Positions 1-8,842 of a stretch of DNA of 19,837 nt are shown piece after piece. Both the position numbers and the translations under genes were made by a program. The notes beneath the pieces are model-generated. The model searched no databases. It saw only the letters and a program-made list of their open reading frames with translations, and was not told the origin of the DNA. Numbering within the stretch: position 1 is the first letter of the stretch; every line of letters starts with the position of its first letter. The stretch covers positions 1-19,837 of the forward strand of contig CAYMVZ010000042.1 in NCBI GenBank assembly GCA_964394335.1. Direction: 5' to 3'. Source of the DNA: an uncultured Nitrospinota bacterium (GTDB lineage: Bacteria; Nitrospinota; Nitrospinia; CAJXCL01).

Positions 1-55
1 CTGTTACTGTTGCATCGAAGTATGCCCGGAAGGGGCCATGAAAGTAAAACAAGGA

Positions 56-83
56 TTGATAACAAGGTTCTTAAATTGATAAT
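56..83 (+). promoter_or_regulatory. candidate sigma-70-type promoter (TTGATA-N16-GATAAT) upstream of the first ORF
   Basis: TTGATA at 56-61, a 16-nt spacer, then GATAAT at 78-83. It lies about 70 nt upstream of the ATG at 151. A 7-bp-stem hairpin (agcaagc/gcttgct) sits in the leader. Identified by eye only. Confidence 0.3.
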
Positions 84-150
84 TGAGTCCTCCCCGCAGC
101 AAGCTGCGACTGCGCTTGCTAACACTTTCAAATAGTAGGATAATATTAAT

Positions 151-723
151 ATGGGCGCTACAAAAACAATAACATTATTTTTTATATTGCTGGTAATTCC
201 TGTTTCTTTATTTGCTCAAAGTAATGACGATCTAAAAAAGGCTATTTCTTTTTACAATAAAGGCAATTATTCAGAATCGGTTAAGCTTTTTGACCCTTAT
301 CTTGAAATAAAATCTGACCCAAAGGTTTATTACTTAAAAGGTTATGCGCTTTACAAAATGAGCAAATTTAATGAGGCGCGGGAAAGTTTTAGGCAAGCAT
401 ATCCACCTGACCCAATTCCTTTAATTGCTCAAGATAAAGCAATTGTTCAAAATAATGAAAACCTGAAAAAAAGAAAAGATGGCTTAATAGAAGCGATTTC
501 TCATTACAATAAAGGCAATTATTCAGAAGCAGTTAAGCTTTTTGATCTTTATCTTGAAAAAAATCCTGACCCGGAGGTTTATTTTTTAAGAGGTTACGCG
601 CTTTACAAAATGAGCAAATTTAATGAGGCGCGGGAAAGTTTCAGGCAAGCGTATGCTATTGATCCAGGAGTCAAAGTGAGTAAAGCATCAGATATACTGA
701 TTTTTCCTGATAAGTCTGATTAA
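151..723 (+). CDS. secreted TPR-like repeat protein with internal tandem duplication
   Basis: 190-aa ORF with an N-terminal signal peptide (MGATKTITLFFILLVIPVSLFAQ). It holds two near-identical modules of about 60 aa (YNKGNYSE[S/A]VKLFD...YALYKMSKFNEARESFRQAY), encoded by roughly 180-bp tandem copies at about nt 235-420 and 489-672 that are about 90% identical. The helical TPR-like character is inferred from the sequence pattern. Confidence 0.6.
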   Translation: MGATKTITLFFILLVIPVSLFAQSNDDLKKAISFYNKGNYSESVKLFDPYLEIKSDPKVYYLKGYALYKMSKFNEARESFRQAYPPDPIPLIAQDKAIVQNNENLKKRKDGLIEAISHYNKGNYSEAVKLFDLYLEKNPDPEVYFLRGYALYKMSKFNEARESFRQAYAIDPGVKVSKASDILIFPDKSD

Positions 724-826
724 TCTCAAATTTTAGATGGTTCAAGTATCACTCATCAAAAAAAGTAAGGAACACCGCTAAAAGAATGTAAGTTAGATTG
801 CTGTCAATTATTCCAGCTTTTTTGTA

Positions 827-2233
827 TTAAAAATTGAATTTATCCGGATTGTCCTCGATAAGTTTTGAAAAAGATTTATCCTCTCCAAATTTGGCTATCA
901 ATTCAGGATTAAGATCAAAAGCTTTATTTAAGATATTGATAGCCTTGGGCTCATCTCCATCAAAATAATATGCTTTTGCCTGGTTGAATTGCAGGTTAGG
1001 ATCATCAGCTTTAATCTCTAGCGCTTTTGCGTAGTTTGCAATCGCGTCTTTGAATTTTTTTTGTTTCCTCAGGGCTATGCCCAATTGGTTATAGAGGTGA
1101 ATGTGATTTTCGTTTATGCCTATCGCTGAGGTGAACAGGGCTTCGGCGTCCTGGAACAGGTTATGTTTTAAGCAAAAGTCTCCCGCTGTAAGGTAAAGAG
1201 ATGTTTGTTTTGGATGGCTCTTTATGGCTTGCTTATATACATCTAATGCCTCTTTTGGAAGTCCCTGCTCTATATAATTTTCAGCAAGACCGAGATAATT
1301 CTTGAGAAATTTATTGTTCTGTTCAATGCCTTTATCGAAATACGATTTGGCATTTTGGTAGTCTCCCTCCTTTTGATAGAGCACCCCAACGTTGTAACAT
1401 ACCTGAAGATTATTGGGTTCATATTCCAACACTTTCACGTAATTTTTTTTAGCCTCGGCTATATCGCCCAATTGTTCATAAGCCGTTCCGAGACCCTGGT
1501 ATGCCCTCGGGAAGTTAGCTTCAATTTCGATGATACGTTTGAAAAGCTGAATTGCATCATCGATATTACCCATCTCCAATAAAGTGTTGGCCTTTTCGGA
1601 GAGTATATCCACATTATCGCTGCTGATTTTAAGAGCTTTGTTGTAAATAGTGATAGCGCTTTCGAAGCTCCCCATATCCCTTAACTTATTCGCTTTAGAA
1701 ATAAGCTGGGTTACTTTTCTAACTGTCGAAGAGTTTTCCGGTGTTTTTAAAACTTCTACCAGCTTGTTTGCTAATGAAACTTGATTGCAAGGAAGCAGCA
1801 GCAATTGTGAGACACCTGCTTTAAGGGCAGTGACAATTTCATTTTTTTCATAAGAGTTCTCTATGAAAATAAATGGAATTAAATCGTGAATGTTCTCTTT
1901 GAGAAGCATCTCCTTTACAACATTGAATAGCTGTATTCCGGTTTGTGATGACGTGCGGACGTCCAGGATTTTTTGATGGCAAATAATTAGATCGATACTG
2001 CCAATATCATCTTTTAATTTTTTGGAAATTTCATAAGGGGAATTAGTGGCTTTTACATTTTGATTGATTCCAAGGGTCTCGAGGTGAGCTTTAATCTCTT
2101 CACGAACATTGAAATCCCCGCTGACAATAACAATTTTTTTGTCTACAAAAGTGGAAACTTTATCCCTGGCCTGCTTTAAATGCTGCTGCTGCTGTAGAAT
2201 ATCATGGACCTCATTTTGATGGCTTTTTTCCAT
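827..2233 (-). CDS. degenerate receiver (pseudo-receiver)-like N-terminal domain fused to an array of at least 8 TPR repeats
   Basis: 468-aa minus-strand ORF with a GGAGG RBS (revcomp of 2236-2245) a few nt upstream of the start. The N-terminal region (KIVIVSGD...IDLIICHQ...LKAGVSQLLLLP) follows a CheY-like alpha/beta pattern, but the positions expected for the acid pocket, phospho-Asp, Thr and Lys are substituted (SGD, H, E, P). The C-terminal ~330 aa is a run of canonical TPR units (e.g. AYEQLGDIAEAKKNYVKVLEYEPNN). Confidence 0.65.
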   Translation of the reverse strand: MEKSHQNEVHDILQQQQHLKQARDKVSTFVDKKIVIVSGDFNVREEIKAHLETLGINQNVKATNSPYEISKKLKDDIGSIDLIICHQKILDVRTSSQTGIQLFNVVKEMLLKENIHDLIPFIFIENSYEKNEIVTALKAGVSQLLLLPCNQVSLANKLVEVLKTPENSSTVRKVTQLISKANKLRDMGSFESAITIYNKALKISSDNVDILSEKANTLLEMGNIDDAIQLFKRIIEIEANFPRAYQGLGTAYEQLGDIAEAKKNYVKVLEYEPNNLQVCYNVGVLYQKEGDYQNAKSYFDKGIEQNNKFLKNYLGLAENYIEQGLPKEALDVYKQAIKSHPKQTSLYLTAGDFCLKHNLFQDAEALFTSAIGINENHIHLYNQLGIALRKQKKFKDAIANYAKALEIKADDPNLQFNQAKAYYFDGDEPKAINILNKAFDLNPELIAKFGEDKSFSKLIEDNPDKFNF

Positions 2234-2363
2234 CGGGCCTCCAATCGTTTAATGTAACAGATATCCTTGGGACAATTTTCCGCTAAAAATAAGGAAAGAT
2301 AAGCCAGCTATTTATTGTTGATTTTAGCATAATTATGGGTCTAATGAAAATACCAATAATTTT

Positions 2364-3074
2364 TTACCCTCCTGGAATTTGCGGTGTGTAAATAATATAA
2401 AGTAGAAGGTAGGTCATGGTGCTCGTAATGAGAAGAAGAAGGTACATTATCATAGTTAATTTTCCTAAAAGCCGGTGTCTTTTTGCTCCATTCGTCAAGA
2501 CTTTTTCCATAATTTTTTCAAAAGCAAAGACCAGGATAACAATCATAAATCCAACCAAATAGACAATATAACACCTGAAGGAACTGCATCTGATAAAAGA
2601 TAACAACCCCAAAAATGCCAGGATAGATAAGAGTGTTATATAAAAATTTTTCGTTTTTACATGAAGAGCTTCTTCTTTAAGAATCCTTTTTCCATTTTCT
2701 TTAACAGAAGCCCTGAAACCAAGGACAATCAAATAAATAGCTATTACAATACCAAAAGTGACGAGGAGAATATGGATAGTTAAAGTGGGAGTGAATATAT
2801 TATTATATACCCAATCGGGCCCACCAAAACCCGATCTCCCTTCTAATGCAAGTACCCCAAGACTACGGAACGAATAATAGGTTGTAAAATAAGCAAGCAT
2901 TGTTACCATGCCCCAGAGAGTCAGGCCATGGTGCATGCTCCCTTTATGCTTCTTTGCCTGATACCAGCCAAAAAGAAAAAGAGCTGTGAATAAAACGGCC
3001 GACAGATAGCTTACATCCGCACCAATGGTTCCATGGGTTCCTAAAAAACCTGGTTTTGCGAGAAATTCTTTCAT
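2364..3074 (-). CDS. polytopic integral membrane protein (about 6 predicted TM helices), function unknown
   Basis: 236-aa ORF with six hydrophobic stretches of 17-24 aa (e.g. YLSAVLFTALFLFGWY, LTIHILLVTFGIVIAIYLIVLGF, LTMIMYLLLLITSTMTYLLLYIIY). No catalytic motif recognised. A possible DUF420-like relationship could not be confirmed from memory. Confidence 0.55.
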   Translation of the reverse strand: MKEFLAKPGFLGTHGTIGADVSYLSAVLFTALFLFGWYQAKKHKGSMHHGLTLWGMVTMLAYFTTYYSFRSLGVLALEGRSGFGGPDWVYNNIFTPTLTIHILLVTFGIVIAIYLIVLGFRASVKENGKRILKEEALHVKTKNFYITLLSILAFLGLLSFIRCSSFRCYIVYLVGFMIVILVFAFEKIMEKVLTNGAKRHRLLGKLTMIMYLLLLITSTMTYLLLYIIYTPQIPGG

Positions 3075-3753
3075 TTTTTGTCTCCTGCCCTGACAGAAAC
3101 AGGATGGTCAGGATAAGTCAAAATCCTGAAATTCTGAGTCTATCAGCGTCCTTAAAAAACTAAACCGGCTAGGGGCCGGAACCAAATAGGGCTGCCGCCC
3201 TGGTCTAAAGAATAAATTTCTACTATCTTAACCAACTAAACCTTTTTCTTAGCCAAAAGCCTGTAGTGTCCGACATCAGTTTTTTCCATTTCTAAAATTT
3301 TTTGACGATCGTTCTTTAAGCTGGTTAGGACATTTTTAATCGGCTCAGCGCCATTTTGACTTTTTCTGATACAAACTAAAGAGAGCCGTCTATTAAATTA
3401 TATAAATCGGCAACAGCACAAGTCAATTCCTTTATAGCCTATAGTCAATCAGTATCAGTTAATTCCAGGAGCAAGTCAAGCTTGTCAAGGGAATTAAGAA
3501 GGTATAAATAGTACAGAAAATCTTGTGGGCTTAGCAGCCGATATAGCATTAAACTGCTCAGAAAAACAGCTTGAGCCAGGCTATCAAAAGATTCCAAATC
3601 TTAATTATCAAAATTCCAGCGGTTCTTGAGTTGCCTCATAATCAGGCAGATCATCCTTTTTTTGCTCGAATTATGAGCATGAAAATTATGCACCCTTGTG
3701 AACATTTATGTGCAAATATCATATATTCAATGAGTTATCTATTTTAAGTAAAG

Positions 3754-3769
3754 TGGCATTCCTATTGCT
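3754..3769 (+). promoter_or_regulatory. sigma-54 (-24/-12) promoter for glnK-amtB
   Basis: TGGCAT-tccta-TTGCT matches the consensus TGGCAC-N5-TTGCW. GG lies at 3755-3756 and GC at 3767-3768, with the correct 10-nt spacing. It sits about 60 nt upstream of the glnK start. A possible enhancer-like inverted element tgcaccc...gtgca lies at 3689-3714. Confidence 0.55.
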
Positions 3770-3793
3770 AATTACACTGATAATAAATCTTAA

Positions 3794-4168
<375 letters not shown>

Positions 4169-4261
4169 TGTCGGCGGTTCGTGGCCAACAGTCGGCTTTC
4201 AGGGCATAATCTACCAAAAAAAATTTATCTTTAATTTATTTCTGTCTAATGGAGGGATGCA

Positions 4262-5563
4262 ATGAAGCACAAAAAAGTAGGTTTTGTTTTATTAATTATT
4301 TTAAGTTTATTCATGTTGTCCGGTAATGTTTGGGCTGAAGAAGCGCCCAAACTTGATACTGGTGATACAGCCTGGATGTTGACTTCCACAATCCTTGTGC
4401 TGTTCATGACAATCCCCGGTTTGTCGCTGTTTTATGCCGGGCTGGTGCGTACCAAGAATGTGTTATCGGTGATGATGCAATGTTTTGCCATTACCGCCCT
4501 GATGACAATCTTGTGGACACTTTTTGGTTACAGCATTGCTTTTGGTGAGGGGGGCGCCCTTTGGGGCGGTCTGGGTAAGGCATTTCTCAAAGGTATAGGG
4601 GTAGACACTTTAAGCGGTACGATTCCTGAGACAGTGTTTGTCTGCTTCCAGATGACCTTTGCTATCATCACACCTGCGCTGATTGTTGGAGCTTTTGCTG
4701 AGCGCATGAAGTTTTCCGCTGTTCTGATTTTCATGAGCTTGTGGTTACTCATCGTTTATGCCCCGATTTGCCACTGGGTATGGGGTGGAGGCTGGCTTGG
4801 TAGTTGGGGTGTGCTGGATTTTGCCGGCGGCACTGTGGTGCATATTAATGCCGGTATTGCAGCCCTGGTTCTCTGTCTCGTTCTTGGAAAGCGTAAAGGT
4901 TTTCCGGAGACGGCAATGCCGCCTCATAATCTTGTTTTCACCGTGGTTGGCGCCTCAATGCTGTGGGTTGGCTGGTTTGGTTTTAATGCGGGCAGTGAAT
5001 TAGCGGCTGATGGCGTTGCCGGCATGGCCATGGCTGTGACTCAGATTGCCACCGCTGCTGCGGCTTTGGCCTGGATGTTCGCGGAATGGATTGGCCATGG
5101 CAAACCCAGTGCGTTGGGAATTGCTACAGGCGCTGTAGCAGGTCTGGTTGCAATTACACCTGCATCAGGTTCAGTTGGTCCCATGGGAGCTATCGCCATT
5201 GGTGCTGCATCTGGCGTGGGATGCTTTTTCGCCGCCACCACTATCAAGCGTGCGATGGGTTATGACGATTCCCTGGATGCCTTTGGGGTACATGGAGTCG
5301 GTGGTGCCATCGGTGCGATCCTGACAGGCATCTTCTCGGCTAAATCCCTGGGTGGAAGTGGCCTGGGCGACGGAAATGCGGGTATCGCCGCTCAACTGGT
5401 AGCCCAGTCTGTTGGTGTGATCGCAACGATCATTTACTCAGGCATTGGAAGCTTTATTATCTTGAAGATCACAGATGCTATTGTCGGTCTCAGGGTATCT
5501 GAAGAAGAAGAGGTTACCGGTCTGGACCTCAGCCTGCATGACGAAAAAGGCTACAATTTCTAA
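4262..5563 (+). CDS. amtB: ammonium transporter, Amt/AmtB family
   Basis: 433 aa with a signal peptide (MKHKKVGFVLLIILSLFMLSGNVWA). It has the Amt signature DFAGGTVVHINAG, 11 TM-like segments, and a GGAGGG RBS. The coding sequence is markedly GC-rich (about 53-60% in sampled 60-nt lines) relative to its flanks. Confidence 0.9.
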   Translation: MKHKKVGFVLLIILSLFMLSGNVWAEEAPKLDTGDTAWMLTSTILVLFMTIPGLSLFYAGLVRTKNVLSVMMQCFAITALMTILWTLFGYSIAFGEGGALWGGLGKAFLKGIGVDTLSGTIPETVFVCFQMTFAIITPALIVGAFAERMKFSAVLIFMSLWLLIVYAPICHWVWGGGWLGSWGVLDFAGGTVVHINAGIAALVLCLVLGKRKGFPETAMPPHNLVFTVVGASMLWVGWFGFNAGSELAADGVAGMAMAVTQIATAAAALAWMFAEWIGHGKPSALGIATGAVAGLVAITPASGSVGPMGAIAIGAASGVGCFFAATTIKRAMGYDDSLDAFGVHGVGGAIGAILTGIFSAKSLGGSGLGDGNAGIAAQLVAQSVGVIATIIYSGIGSFIILKITDAIVGLRVSEEEEVTGLDLSLHDEKGYNF

Positions 5564-5642
5564 AGCTATAGCGTTTTAGTTTGGACGGTTTAACCTGTAG
5601 AATGTCAAAGTTAATGACACTCCCCACCTGGCGGAGTCTGCA

Positions 5643-5681
5643 ATATGGGACACACCTTTATGGTGTGTCCCATATTTTTAT
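5643..5681 (+). terminator. rho-independent terminator after amtB
   Basis: A perfect 14-bp inverted repeat: atatgggacacacc (5643-5656), a 5-nt loop, then ggtgtgtcccatat (5662-5675), followed by TTTTTA. Confidence 0.7.
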
Positions 5682-5691
5682 TACCTAAATC

Positions 5692-5722
5692 TTGCATGAT
5701 GAATTTTGGTATTCATAATGCG
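5692..5722 (+). promoter_or_regulatory. candidate glnA promoter region with overlapping sigma-70-like and sigma-54-like elements
   Basis: The sigma-70-like element is TTGCAT (5692-5697), a 16-nt spacer, then CATAAT (5714-5719). The overlapping sigma-54-like element is TGGTAT-N5-ATGCG, with GG at 5708-5709 and GC at 5720-5721 at the correct spacing but with weak flanks. Sequence inspection only. Confidence 0.35.
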
Positions 5723-5836
5723 AAAAAGCCACAATCAAAATTCTTCCTTTACAAAAATTTTCGATTGTGGTAGCATCTGGCATTTTATTCACTGTCAACT
5801 AATAATTGATAACTTTTTTAGGAGGGAAAATTTGTT

Positions 5837-7249
5837 ATGACACCAAAGGAGGTATTGGCATTTGCGAAAAAAAACAAGGCTGTCATGCTTGACGTCAGAT
5901 TTATGGATTTTCTTGGGTTATGGCAGCACTTCTCAGTCCCTGTTTCTGAATTGGATGAAAGTGTTTTTGAGGATGGATACGGATTTGACGGTTCCAGCAT
6001 CAGAGGCTGGCAGCCCATTCATGCCAGTGACATGCTGGTTATTCCTGATCCGGCTACAGCAGTTATGGATCCCTTTACACAGCACCCGACCCTTACCATG
6101 ATCTGCAATATTGTAGACCCAATCACAAAAGAAAAATACTCCAGGGATCCAAGAAATATTTCACAGAAGGCTGAAGCTTATCTGAAATCCACCGGGATCG
6201 CGGATACTGCTTATTTTGGTCCTGAGGCAGAGTTTTTTATTTTTGATGATATAAGATTCGACTCGGCAGAGCAGCACAGCTTTTATCATATAGATTCTGT
6301 AGAAGCACAGTGGAACACAGGCCGTGAGGAAAACCCGAACCTGGGGTATAAACCAAGATATAAAGAAGGTTACTTCCCTTGCCCTCCTTTTGATACTTTG
6401 CAGGATATCAGGACGGAAATGGTCCTGGTTATGGAACAGATCGGAATGAGCGTGGAGTGTCAGCATCACGAGGTTGCAACAGCCGGTCAGGGAGAAATAG
6501 ATATGAAATTCTCCCCCCTGACAAAAATGGGGGACAACCTAATGTGGTATAAACACATTGTTAAAAACGTAGCGAAAAGACATAATAAAACAGTTACATT
6601 TATGCCAAAGCCGATCTGGAATGACAATGGCTCAGGTATGCACACCCACCAGAGTCTTTGGAAAGGGAACAAACCTCTTTTTGCCGGGAGCAAATACGGT
6701 GGGTTAAGTGATACTGCTTTACATTATATCGGTGGTGTCTTAAAACATGCTTCGGCTTTATGTGCTTTTAGCAATCCAACAACCAACTCATACAAAAGGT
6801 TGGTACCTGGTTTTGAAGCGCCGGTTAACCTGGCTTATTCCAGCCGAAACAGGAGCGCCTGCGTAAGAATACCGATGTATTCTCCAAGTCCAAAAGCCAA
6901 GAGGGCGGAATTGAGATTTCCAGATCCTTCCTGTAATGGATATATGGCCTTTTCCGCTATGCTTATGGCCGGGCTGGACGGAATTGAAAATAAAATCGAT
7001 CCGGGAGATCCATTGGATAAAGATATTTACGCGCTCGGACCTGAAGAATTGGCCGCTGTTCCAAAAGTTCCGGGATCCTTAGAAGAAGCGCTGGTTGCCC
7101 TGGAAAAAGATAATGAATTTTTGTTGAAGGGAGATGTCTTTACCCAGGACGCAATCGACATGTGGCTGGAATATAAAAGGGAAAATGAAATTAATGCGAT
7201 GGCATTAAGACCACATCCTTTTGAATTTGAGCTTTATTATGATGTCTAA
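5837..7249 (+). CDS. glnA: glutamine synthetase type I
   Basis: 470 aa with an AGGAGGG RBS 9 nt upstream. The GS-I motifs [18 protein letters not shown] and [15 protein letters not shown] are present. A conserved Tyr in [11 protein letters not shown] corresponds to the adenylylation site of E. coli GS. Confidence 0.93.
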   Translation: MTPKEVLAFAKKNKAVMLDVRFMDFLGLWQHFSVPVSELDESVFEDGYGFDGSSIRGWQPIHASDMLVIPDPATAVMDPFTQHPTLTMICNIVDPITKEKYSRDPRNISQKAEAYLKSTGIADTAYFGPEAEFFIFDDIRFDSAEQHSFYHIDSVEAQWNTGREENPNLGYKPRYKEGYFPCPPFDTLQDIRTEMVLVMEQIGMSVECQHHEVATAGQGEIDMKFSPLTKMGDNLMWYKHIVKNVAKRHNKTVTFMPKPIWNDNGSGMHTHQSLWKGNKPLFAGSKYGGLSDTALHYIGGVLKHASALCAFSNPTTNSYKRLVPGFEAPVNLAYSSRNRSACVRIPMYSPSPKAKRAELRFPDPSCNGYMAFSAMLMAGLDGIENKIDPGDPLDKDIYALGPEELAAVPKVPGSLEEALVALEKDNEFLLKGDVFTQDAIDMWLEYKRENEINAMALRPHPFEFELYYDV

Positions 7250-7277
7250 TTTAAACGCTTAATAATAAAAAGTCAAA

Positions 7278-7310
7278 AGCCCCCTGATGTTCAGGGGGCT
7301 TTTTTTGTTT
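7278..7310 (+). terminator. rho-independent terminator after glnA
   Basis: A 10-bp GC-rich stem: agccccctga (7278-7287), loop tgt, then tcagggggct (7291-7300), followed by TTTTTTGTTTTT. Confidence 0.85.
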
Positions 7311-7472
7311 TTGTACGGTAATATTAGATCAGATTCGCCCCGTTAATCGTGACTTTAAATATTTTTTTAGCTTCTCGATTACTTCGAGATTACTCAAGAT
7401 AGAGAAAATTGAATAATGAAGTTATCTTGAAGCAATCGTGAAACAAAAATGAAGTCCGAGTTTTTATTCTGG

Positions 7473-7497
7473 ATGCCCGATGGAAGCACTCGGGCAT
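7473..7497 (+). repeat. REP-like hairpin, variant member of the dispersed family (atgcccga-N9-tcgggcat)
   Basis: atgcccga tggaagcac tcgggcat has the same architecture as the attcccga-taggaacac-tcgggaat copies elsewhere in the window. Confidence 0.6.
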
Positions 7498-7504
7498 GAC
7501 AAAA

Positions 7505-7625
7505 AAGTGATGCGTTGAGGTATGGTAAAAAAGGGGGAACACTCTGGTATGGCAAAAGAGCGTTGCGCTAGGGCATGAACAAAAGAGTGGTGCGTTAGAG
7601 TATGGTAAAAGAGCGTTGCATTCCC
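7505..7625 (+). repeat. degenerate tandem repeats of about 27 bp (4-5 units)
   Basis: The units are gtgatgcgttgaggtatggtaaaaaag, ctctggtatggcaaaagagcgttgcg, ggcatgaacaaaagagtggtgcgttag and agtatggtaaaagagcgttgca. All share the (g)gtatggtaaaag and agcgttgc(g/a) cores. Confidence 0.5.
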
Positions 7626-7743
7626 GCTTGCTCCCGGCATGTCATTCTCGCATGCTTTAAGCGGGAATCCAGACATAAAACGAGTAAATGTCATCACTTC
7701 AAAGATAAGGGTATGTCAAATTAAAAATGAAATAGAAGAGAAG

Positions 7744-7786
7744 GCCCTATCCTTCCCCATGTTAAAAAATCAGAGAAGGATAGGGC
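7744..7786 (-). terminator. candidate terminator for the minus-strand porin-like gene
   Basis: A 12-bp inverted repeat, gccctatccttc (7744-7755) and gaaggatagggc (7775-7786), with a 19-nt loop. On the minus strand it lies 34 nt after the stop and is followed by a U-rich tract. Confidence 0.4.
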
Positions 7787-7819
7787 TTGAGAGGAGGATC
7801 ATCCGTATCTTGCTATAAT

Positions 7820-8842
7820 TTAAAACACGTAGGTCATTTCAAAAGCAAAAGTATCATTATTATCAGTCACACTGCCATCTGCCTTTGTAAAAACATTTTG
7901 ATCGGAAGAATCGTGGCGGTATTCAATAAGCGCTCCGAACCCTTCACCAATTACAAATGTGGGAGCAACGGTAATGGCCTGCTGGGTATTATTGGCTGTT
8001 CCTCCTAATCGAGCGCCATCCTCATCGTCAAAGTAATCATACCTGACTGTAATTCCACCCCAATCCGCGTAGTCATAATGGCCCATCACGAGAAAACCAA
8101 ACCAGTCCGCATCTGTACCGGTTGTTGAGGCCAGGTCCTCATTTCCAAAGTTAAATTCCAATCCGACTGTTAGTTTAGGAATCATGGTTATAGTTCCATC
8201 GATATCAAAAACCGTCATGTTTTCACCGGCTACTGCGCTGTCATCTCCTGAAATGGCTGAAAAACCCAGATTAATATCTTTCATAGGGGTTATTCCGATC
8301 CTGCCACCAATCGTCTTGTTTTTGTTCGTGTCCGGATTATTGTCCCACCCATTTACAACATAAGCGCTGATATCAATCATTTCGCCAAGAGCTCCGGATG
8401 CCATAAGTCCTGTTAAGTTTGTCGGCAAACCACTGTTAAATACCAGGGCGTGAGAAAATTGATACATGTCAGGAGCGTCCAAGAGTTCAAATCCTATAGG
8501 AGCGTTAAATTTTCCAAATGTAAATGTAACCCCACTTCCGACAGGTGCTGTCAGGGTTAAATAGCCCTGTTCTATGATAGCATCGGCTGTTTCCGTTCCT
8601 CCTCCATTTGGAGTGTGGTTTAAATCAAACCGCAAAGACGCCCAGTCTTTGATTTCTTTCGTAATGTCAATTTCAACCTGGTCCAATCCGAATGTATTTG
8701 TATCCGCGTTATCATCTACAACATAACTGGAATCCACAAAGCCGCTCATATCAAATCCTAACGCCTCGGCGGCATAAGCTTTACCATAGCTTATTGAAAA
8801 CATAAAAATTGCTACAACTAAACCACTAATTAATTTCTTCAT
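7820..8842 (-). CDS. outer-membrane beta-barrel, porin-like protein
   Basis: 340 aa with a signal peptide cleavable after AYA (MKKLISGLVVAIFMFSISYGKAYA-AE). Amphipathic beta-strand patterning and a C-terminal aromatic residue (EMTYVF) are typical of OM beta-barrels. A GGAGG RBS lies 6 nt upstream on the minus strand. Confidence 0.6.
   Translation of the reverse strand: MKKLISGLVVAIFMFSISYGKAYAAEALGFDMSGFVDSSYVVDDNADTNTFGLDQVEIDITKEIKDWASLRFDLNHTPNGGGTETADAIIEQGYLTLTAPVGSGVTFTFGKFNAPIGFELLDAPDMYQFSHALVFNSGLPTNLTGLMASGALGEMIDISAYVVNGWDNNPDTNKNKTIGGRIGITPMKDINLGFSAISGDDSAVAGENMTVFDIDGTITMIPKLTVGLEFNFGNEDLASTTGTDADWFGFLVMGHYDYADWGGITVRYDYFDDEDGARLGGTANNTQQAITVAPTFVIGEGFGALIEYRHDSSDQNVFTKADGSVTDNNDTFAFEMTYVF

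Noticed and set aside
1355-1582. 75-aa plus-strand ORF inside the TPR gene
   Set aside because: It is antisense to a supported gene, with a hydrophobic low-complexity translation and no RBS.
3075-3753. The 680-bp intergenic stretch upstream of glnK was searched for a small gene or sRNA, including the 17-aa minus-strand ORF (MEKTDVGHYRLLAKKKV) at about 3238-3290
   Set aside because: No RBS-supported ORF of meaningful length and no convincing terminator-bounded unit were found. Only short local hairpins (ccggc/gccgg, aggg/ccct) without U-tracts are present. The region is left unannotated apart from the sigma-54 promoter.
5818-6693. Small ORFs overlapping glnA on either strand (5818-6018 minus, 5862-6101 plus, 6161-6469 minus, 6487-6693 minus)
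   Set aside because: They are internal to the conserved glutamine synthetase reading frame, with low-complexity translations and no start signals.
7464-7697. 77-aa minus-strand ORF downstream of glnA
   Set aside because: It translates the degenerate tandem repeats and a hairpin element and has no RBS. It is a repeat-driven artefact.
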